From a virus (lineage: Duplodnaviria > Heunggongvirae > Uroviricota > Caudoviricetes), in IMG/VR virus record IMGVR_UViG_2663762945_000005, positions 1 through 4,320 of that record: a DNA stretch of 4,320 nt. The stretch is one strand, 5' to 3'. Each line of letters starts with the position of its first letter. Positions within the stretch are counted from its first letter, which is position 1. Under the pieces are notes generated by a model. That model searched no databases. It had not been told where the DNA came from and was given only the letters and a program-made list of their open reading frames with translations. Positions 1-4,320 of the stretch are shown here, one piece after another. A program made the translations under genes and the position numbers.

Positions 1-92
1 AATTATCTTTAGTAATCACTAAACAAGCAAATACTTGACTTAATGGTTTATTAAACACTAAACTCACAAAAAAACACTAAACCGAGGAAGGT
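1..92 (+). promoter_or_regulatory. Putative early-right promoter/operator region upstream of the cro-like gene. Candidate -35 TTGACT (35-40), 18-nt spacer, candidate -10 TAAACT (59-64), RBS GAGGAAGG (84-91).
   Basis: AT-rich non-coding leader. TTGACT is a 5/6 match to the sigma70 -35 consensus and TAAACT a 4/6 match to -10, keeping the conserved T1, A2 and T6. Three direct copies of cactaaac (17-24, 56-63, 75-82; the last two extend to aaacactaaac at 53-63 and 72-82) lie in or beside the promoter elements. Imperfect palindrome tttagt-aatc-actaaa (8-23) and perfect palindrome gttta-t-taaac (46-56). Confidence 0.45.
8..23. promoter_or_regulatory. Candidate operator: 16-bp imperfect inverted repeat TTTAGT-aatc-ACTAAA.
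   Basis: The arms at 8-13 and 18-23 are exact reverse complements, separated by a 4-bp centre. It sits just upstream of the candidate -35, the usual place for a repressor operator in an immunity region. Confidence 0.35.
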
Positions 93-395
93 ATGACATT
101 AAAAGAGTTTATTAAATCATTAAGGGTTGGTGATGCTAAGAAATTCGCGGCCAGACTTGGTGTATCGCCATCTTACTTATCGCAAATGGCGTCTGGACGA
201 GCAGCTATATCTCCAACCCGCGCCCTTATGATCGAATCTGCGACGGAAGGCCAAGTAAGTAGGGTGGAGCTACGACCCCATGATTGGGAGCTTATTTGGC
301 CTGAGTATGCGAGCGGCATTCGTTTGGGGCAAACACATGTAGTTCATGCTGAAGGTGATTGTAGTGCATGCTTATCTGATGGAGTTGATTCATGA
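93..395 (+). CDS. Cro-like HTH transcriptional regulator (YdaS-family-like), 100 aa.
   Basis: ATG at 93 preceded by RBS GAGGAAGG. Predicted HTH segment AKKFAARLGVSPSYLSQMASGRAAISP. First gene of a rightward operon directly after an operator-like region; stop TGA overlaps the next gene's ATG (ATGA at 392-395). Confidence 0.7.
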   Translation: MTLKEFIKSLRVGDAKKFAARLGVSPSYLSQMASGRAAISPTRALMIESATEGQVSRVELRPHDWELIWPEYASGIRLGQTHVVHAEGDCSACLSDGVDS

Positions 396-817
396 AAATC
401 AAGCATGAACACATCCGCATGGCGATGAATGTCTGGGCGCATCCGGACGGCGAAAAAGTACCGGCTGCGAAAATTACCAAAGCGTATTTCGAGCTGGGAA
501 TGACGTTCCCGGAACTGTATGACGACAGCCATCCGGAAGCCCTGGCCCGTAATACCCAGAAAATTTTCCGTTGGCTGGATAAAGACACCCCTGATGCTGT
601 TGAAAAAATGCAGGCTCTGTTACCGGCGATCGAAAAGGCGATGCCGCCTTTGCTGGTGGCCCGTATGCGCAGCCACAGTTCTGAATATTACCGTGAGATC
701 GTCGAACGGAGGGATCGGCTGGTGAAGGATGTCGATGATTTTGTTGCGTCAGCGGTTGTTTTGTATGACCAGATGAATCGCGGCGGCCCGGCAGGGAATG
801 CTGTGGTGATGCACTAA
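392..817 (+). CDS. YdaT-family protein (CII-like regulator of Rac-type prophages), 141 aa.
   Basis: N-terminus MKIKHEHI matches my recollection of the E. coli Rac prophage YdaT N-terminus. RBS GGAG at 381-384. Translationally coupled to the upstream cro-like gene through the ATGA overlap. Position equals the cII slot. Confidence 0.7.
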   Translation: MKIKHEHIRMAMNVWAHPDGEKVPAAKITKAYFELGMTFPELYDDSHPEALARNTQKIFRWLDKDTPDAVEKMQALLPAIEKAMPPLLVARMRSHSSEYYREIVERRDRLVKDVDDFVASAVVLYDQMNRGGPAGNAVVMH

Positions 818-839
818 AAGCACGGTGTTCGGGGGTTTT

Positions 840-1802
840 ATGAGCAGCAAGCTTCATGGTCTTGTCTGGGAAGGGTGCGCCTTCACCGGCATGATCTTAT
901 CCAGGGTGGCGGTTATGGCCCGTCTTGCAGACTACAGCAATGACGAGGGTGTGTCATGGCCTGCCATTGAAACTATCCGGCGTCAGATCGGTGCAAGAAG
1001 TGAATCCACAGTGAAATCGGCTATTGCAGAACTGGCGAAAGAGGGCTGGCTGACGAAGGAAGAGCGTAAGGTCGGTGGGCGTAATGTAAGCAATATCTAT
1101 CGGCTTAATGTGGAAAAACTCGAAGCAGCTGCGGCGGCGGCGCGTGAGTCATATAAACCGAAAAGAAAAATTAGCCCGGCAAAAAATGACCCGTTAACAG
1201 TTGACCCGTCAAATATTGCCCCCTCAACGGTTGACCCGTCAAATTTTGATGGATCAACTGTTGATAAAAAACTGCCGATTAGGGGGGCGATGATTGACCC
1301 CGATCCGTCAGTATTAAAACCTGATCCATCAGATAAAAGATCTTCTTGTCCGGACGCTTCACAACCGGACCCGCAGACGGCTGAACAGGATTTTTTAACC
1401 CGACACCCTGACGCGGTTGTGTTCAGTGCGAAAAAACGCCAGTGGGGAAGTCAGGAAGATTTGGTGTGCGCACAGTGGATCTGGGGACGAATCGTGAGTC
1501 TTTACGAGCAGGCGGCCAGCGATGATGGCGAGATCACGAGACCGAAAGAACCCAACTGGACAGCATGGGCCAATGACGTTCGCACAATGCGGATGCTGGA
1601 TGGCAGAACTCACAGACAAATTTGTGAAATGTTTGGGCGTGTCCAGCGGGATTCGTTCTGGGTAAAAAACATCATGAGTCCGGGAAAACTCCGGGAAAAA
1701 TGGGATGAACTGGTTATCCGCCTGGGGTGTTCGCCTGCGCAACGTTGCGTGAATCACATTTCTGAACCGGACACTGAAATACCGCCGGGATTCAGGGGGT
1801 GA
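840..1802 (+). CDS. Phage replication initiator (lambda O-like): N-terminal winged-HTH DNA-binding domain, repetitive linker encoded by the iterons, C-terminal domain.
   Basis: N-terminal HTH-like segment ILSRVAVMARLADYSNDEGVSWPAIETIRRQIGARSESTVKSAIAELAKEGWLTKEE. The linker carries the repeated peptide TVDPSN, encoded by the DNA iterons. It lies directly upstream of a DnaC-like gene. I prefer ATG 840 (GGGGG at 831-835) over the ORF-track GTG at 825. Confidence 0.8.
   Translation: MSSKLHGLVWEGCAFTGMILSRVAVMARLADYSNDEGVSWPAIETIRRQIGARSESTVKSAIAELAKEGWLTKEERKVGGRNVSNIYRLNVEKLEAAAAAARESYKPKRKISPAKNDPLTVDPSNIAPSTVDPSNFDGSTVDKKLPIRGAMIDPDPSVLKPDPSDKRSSCPDASQPDPQTAEQDFLTRHPDAVVFSAKKRQWGSQEDLVCAQWIWGRIVSLYEQAASDDGEITRPKEPNWTAWANDVRTMRMLDGRTHRQICEMFGRVQRDSFWVKNIMSPGKLREKWDELVIRLGCSPAQRCVNHISEPDTEIPPGFRG
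1196..1342. repeat. Iteron array of a putative phage replication origin, embedded in the initiator gene: five repeats at about 30-bp (roughly three helical turns) spacing, with a GATC cluster.
   Basis: aacAgttgacccgtcaaat (1196-1214) and aacGgttgacccgtcaaat (1226-1244) match at 18 of 19 positions, with a perfect 14-bp core ttgacccgtcaaat. Degenerate copies: aactgttgat (1256-1265), ttgaccccgatccgtca (1294-1310), ctgatccatcaga (1321-1333). The core is near-palindromic (TTGAC..GTCAA). GATC at 1252, 1302, 1323 and 1339 gives four sites in 91 bp. Confidence 0.75.
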
Positions 1803-1808
1803 CGTGTC

Positions 1809-2555
1809 ATGAAAAACATTGCGGCAGTTGGGGTTCTTGAACGTATTCGCAGACTTGCACCACAGGGGGCGGTTCCACCGTACCGGACGGTGGAGGAGTG
1901 GCGGGAATGGCAACTTGCTGAAGGACGAAAACGCAGCGAGGAGATTAACCGCCAGAATCGCCAGTTGCGGGTGGAAAAAATCCTGAATCGTTCGGGCATT
2001 CAGCCTCTGCACAGCAAATGCTCGTTTGCAAATTATCAGGTGCAGAACGACGGGCAAAAATACGCGCTGAGCCAGGCCAAATCCATAGCTGACGAACTGA
2101 TGACCGGGTGCACGAATTTTGTGTTCAGCGGTAAAACCGGCACCGGGAAAAATCACCTTGCAGCGGCGATGGGCAACCGGCTGATGGTGAAGGGGCGCAG
2201 CGTGATTATCGTCACCGTTTCTGACGTCATGAGCGTGTTGCATGACAGCTACGACAACGGCAAATCCGGGGAAAAATTTTTACAGGAGCTTTGCGGGGTT
2301 GATTTGCTGGTCCTGGATGAAATAGGCGTTCAGCGGGAGACGAAAAACGAGCAGGTGGTATTGCACCAGATAATTGATCGCCGGACAGCATCACTGTGCA
2401 GTGTCGGGATGTTAACAAACCTGAATCATGCCGCAATGAGTACGCTTCTTGGTGAGAGGATTATGGACCGCATGACCATGAACGGTGGTCGATGGGTGAC
2501 GTTTAACTGGGATAGCTGGCGTCCAAATGTCAGCAATATGAGGGTTGTGAAGTAA
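1809..2555 (+). CDS. DnaC-type replicative helicase loader (phage P-analog, AAA+ ATPase), 248 aa.
   Basis: Walker A FSGKTGTGKNHLAAAMG (DnaC-type GTGKNHL). Walker B DLLVLDEIG (2301-2327). Sits immediately after the initiator gene, with ATG 7 nt past the upstream stop. Confidence 0.9.
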   Translation: MKNIAAVGVLERIRRLAPQGAVPPYRTVEEWREWQLAEGRKRSEEINRQNRQLRVEKILNRSGIQPLHSKCSFANYQVQNDGQKYALSQAKSIADELMTGCTNFVFSGKTGTGKNHLAAAMGNRLMVKGRSVIIVTVSDVMSVLHDSYDNGKSGEKFLQELCGVDLLVLDEIGVQRETKNEQVVLHQIIDRRTASLCSVGMLTNLNHAAMSTLLGERIMDRMTMNGGRWVTFNWDSWRPNVSNMRVVK

Positions 2556-2576
2556 TTTTGTTCGGAGGAAATTTTA

Positions 2577-3347
2577 ATGGAAACCGTATCTGACGCACTG
2601 AAAGCACTGAAAAAAGCCTCTTCACATGTGGTGGCAGCTCGCCTTGGAATCAGTCGTGAAGAGGCTGTCAACGAGCTGTGGGAACTCAAAAGAAATGGCG
2701 TCGTTGATAAAACTGGTCACACCTGGTTTCTGGCTGGCGAAGGTGAATCCCGGGTAACCGAAGAGCGGCCAGTAAAATCTGAAGCACAGGATATGCTGAC
2801 CGGGGAGGTCGAACAAAAAGTTACCGCAGACATGATGATTGAGTTTATCGGTCAGGATGGGGCTAAAACGTGTGAGGAACTGGCGGGTAAGTTCGGTGTC
2901 AGTACTCGCAAGGTTGCTTCCACGCTGGCGGTGGTAACCGCAACGGGGCGGCTGGCACGCGTTAATCAGAACGGTAAATTTCGTTACTGCATGCCGGGCG
3001 ATAATTTACCAGCAGAGCCGAAAGCCGCGCTGGTAACGGAAAGTGATGGTAAGGCCTTTCCTCAGCCAGCAGGTGCTGCGTTACCAGTCCGGGAAGCCGC
3101 AACACAGGAAAAAATTAAAACAGAAACTGTGGCGGACATTGTGCAGTCGTTGCCATCGTTTACCGAAACGCAAGCAGATGAGCTGATTTTTCCGTCCCTG
3201 CGCAGGGCAAACCTGGCGCTGCGCAGGGCGAAAAGTGATGTTCAGAAGTGGGAGCGAGTCTGCGCCGCGCTGCGGGAGCTGAACAAGCACCGGGATATTG
3301 TTCGACAGATTACTGATTCTTCCCGCCGTGTTGTATCGGAAAAGTGA
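2577..3347 (+). CDS. Hypothetical protein, 256 aa, with two tandem winged-helix-like segments, an Ala/Pro/Glu-rich linker and a C-terminal helical region.
   Basis: Strong RBS GGAGG (2564-2568) 8 nt before ATG 2577. Two segments of similar pattern, SSHVVAARLGISREEAVNELWELKRNGVVDKTGHTWFL and KTCEELAGKFGVSTRKVASTLAVVTATGRLARVNQNGKFRYCM. Codon usage matches the neighbouring genes. No function assignable from sequence. Confidence 0.7.
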   Translation: METVSDALKALKKASSHVVAARLGISREEAVNELWELKRNGVVDKTGHTWFLAGEGESRVTEERPVKSEAQDMLTGEVEQKVTADMMIEFIGQDGAKTCEELAGKFGVSTRKVASTLAVVTATGRLARVNQNGKFRYCMPGDNLPAEPKAALVTESDGKAFPQPAGAALPVREAATQEKIKTETVADIVQSLPSFTETQADELIFPSLRRANLALRRAKSDVQKWERVCAALRELNKHRDIVRQITDSSRRVVSEK

Positions 3348-3362
3348 TTGCCGGAGGCGCTT

Positions 3363-3785
3363 ATGGCAAAAGTATTTACACAAGAAGAGCGAGAAAAAAT
3401 TAAAGGGCAGGTTGTTGAGCTAGTACGCCGGAGTGGGCGCGAGACGTTACGGCAACTGGAAGCCAAGACAGGTGCGACAAGATATCTGATGAGCGTTCTT
3501 GCCAGAGAGCTGGTTGCCAGTGGCGATGTATACAACTCTGGTTACGGGTTATTCCCGTCTGAACAGGCTCGTAAGGACTGGCAAAATGCCCGCAAAAAAC
3601 TCTCAAGGGCAAAGGTGAAGAAACCTGCAGTGGTTGATCCGGACCTTATCTGGTCGTTACCAGACGGCGAAATACGCCGCTACGACAGGCGCCTAAACAT
3701 AATCTGTCGCGAGTGCCGGAAGAGTGAAGCTATGCAGCGTGTACTGGCTTTCTATCAGGGTAATTTTCAGGAGGCGGTACTGTGA
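3363..3785 (+). CDS. Hypothetical small protein, 140 aa, with an N-terminal HTH-like segment and a C-terminal CxxC motif.
   Basis: GGAGG (3353-3357) 5 nt upstream of ATG 3363, which I prefer to the ORF-track TTG at 3348. HTH-like ETLRQLEAKTGATRYLMSVLARELVASGDV; C-terminal IICRECRK. Stop TGA at 3783-3785. Confidence 0.65.
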   Translation: MAKVFTQEEREKIKGQVVELVRRSGRETLRQLEAKTGATRYLMSVLARELVASGDVYNSGYGLFPSEQARKDWQNARKKLSRAKVKKPAVVDPDLIWSLPDGEIRRYDRRLNIICRECRKSEAMQRVLAFYQGNFQEAVL

Positions 3786-3842
3786 GTGAAATTAGCTATC
3801 AGGCTTCAATTACCGCTGGCATTCGCATCAAAGGAGAGGAGC

Positions 3843-4199
3843 ATGGAAATAAAACCAGAGGATGAGTTAAGCAATATCGTTTTATTTCCGGTAAAAGAGG
3901 ATGACCCTCGTAATCAGGTTAATTTTCTTTATGAGCCATCGGAAAGACCATATTGCCATCACGCCTCTGTTCGGGTTGACGAAAAAGAGCGTCAGGTCCG
4001 CTGTAAAATCTGCGGTGCAGTTGTGGAGCCGTTTGACTGGATGCTCTCTGTGGCGAAAAGAGAAACCAGACTGGCAGATGATGTAAGGCTATTGCGCCAG
4101 GAGGAACAGGAAAGGCGGAAAAATATAGAAAAGTTAATTCAGATTGAGCGTAACGCGAAAGCGCGGATACGCAGGGCGACAAAATCCAGAACTGAATAA
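3843..4199 (+). CDS. Hypothetical small protein, 118 aa, with a putative zinc-binding motif and a basic C-terminal coiled coil.
   Basis: RBS AGGAG (3832-3836) 6 nt before ATG 3843. The alternative in-frame GTG at 3786 abuts the upstream stop but has a weaker 11-nt spacing to AGGAGG (3769-3774). Motif YCHH-x13-C-x2-C; C-terminus rich in R/K/E (LRQEEQERRKNIEKLIQIERNAKARIRR). Confidence 0.6.
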   Translation: MEIKPEDELSNIVLFPVKEDDPRNQVNFLYEPSERPYCHHASVRVDEKERQVRCKICGAVVEPFDWMLSVAKRETRLADDVRLLRQEEQERRKNIEKLIQIERNAKARIRRATKSRTE

Positions 4200-4249
4200 A
4201 TAAATTTAGCGCTGTAAATAAAATCTAATCCTTAACTGGAGGTATATTT

Positions 4250-4320
4250 ATGTTAAATACACAGAAAGCCATTAATGCGGAAAAATATAACGAGTGGGCA
4301 AGAAAATTCTCTGAGCAGAT
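4250..4320 (+). CDS. 5' end of a further hypothetical gene (MLNTQKAINAEKYNEWARKFSEQ...), truncated by the window edge.
   Basis: RBS CTGGAGGT (4237-4244) 5 nt upstream of ATG 4250. Open to the end of the window, same strand as the operon. Confidence 0.5.
   Translation, partial: MLNTQKAINAEKYNEWARKFSEQ

Noticed and set aside
93-817. Interpreting the YdaS-like/YdaT-like pair as a toxin-antitoxin system.
   Set aside because: The genes sit exactly in the cro and cII positions, next to an operator-like region and upstream of the replication genes, so the regulatory reading is more parsimonious. Toxicity cannot be excluded from sequence, so it stays as a testable point in the findings.
292-857. 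Minus-strand ORFs 292-588, 344-532 and 474-857, and the + strand alternate-frame ORF 519-725.
   Set aside because: All overlap the cro-like and YdaT-like genes out of frame or in antisense, lack Shine-Dalgarno sequences, and encode compositionally biased peptides; treated as spurious.
1196-1342. Repeat array as a CRISPR array or mobile-element terminal repeats.
   Set aside because: The repeats are short, degenerate, lie inside a coding region with 30-bp periodicity and no unique spacers, and sit beside the helicase-loader gene; an iteron origin explains them fully.
1681-1700. Short direct repeat ccgggaaaa twice (1681-1689 and 1692-1700) inside the initiator gene.
   Set aside because: Too short, and explained by the coding sequence (SPGKLREKW region); no supporting structure.
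1395-2243. Long minus-strand ORF (282 aa) spanning the end of the initiator gene and the first half of the DnaC-like gene.
   Set aside because: It is antisense to two + strand genes with strong motif support (iteron-linked initiator, Walker A/B), has no convincing RBS, and its Arg/Pro/His-rich low-complexity product is typical of antisense frames in GC-balanced coding DNA.
2227-4182. Other minus-strand ORFs: 1754-1999, 2227-2436, 2426-2689, 2622-2816, 3081-3383, 3242-3535, 3400-3612 and 3919-4182; also + strand 3901-4086.
   Set aside because: Each is embedded in a better-supported + strand gene in a co-directional operon with consistent RBS spacing; no independent start signals.
4200-4249. 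Possible intrinsic terminator after the 118-aa gene.
   Set aside because: The region is AT-rich and contains only a 6-bp palindrome (agcgct), with no GC-rich stem followed by a T-run; not supportable.

Overview
This window reads as the early-right (immunity-proximal and replication) operon of a Rac-like lambdoid prophage from an enterobacterial host, with every supported gene on the + strand. In order: an AT-rich promoter/operator region (1-92); a Cro-like HTH gene (93-395) overlapping by 4 nt a YdaT/CII-like gene (392-817); an O-like replication initiator (840-1802) carrying an iteron-type origin with a GATC cluster inside its own reading frame (about 1196-1342); a DnaC-type helicase loader (1809-2555); three small genes of unknown function (2577-3347, 3363-3785, 3843-4199); and the start of a further gene (4250-4320, truncated). 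No tRNA, rRNA, CRISPR array, transposase or clear intrinsic terminator is visible. The most concrete sequence-level signals are the intragenic origin and the operator repeats; the best candidate for something undescribed is the three-gene block after the replication genes, whose function I cannot assign. All homology statements are from memory of protein families and motifs, not from a database search.
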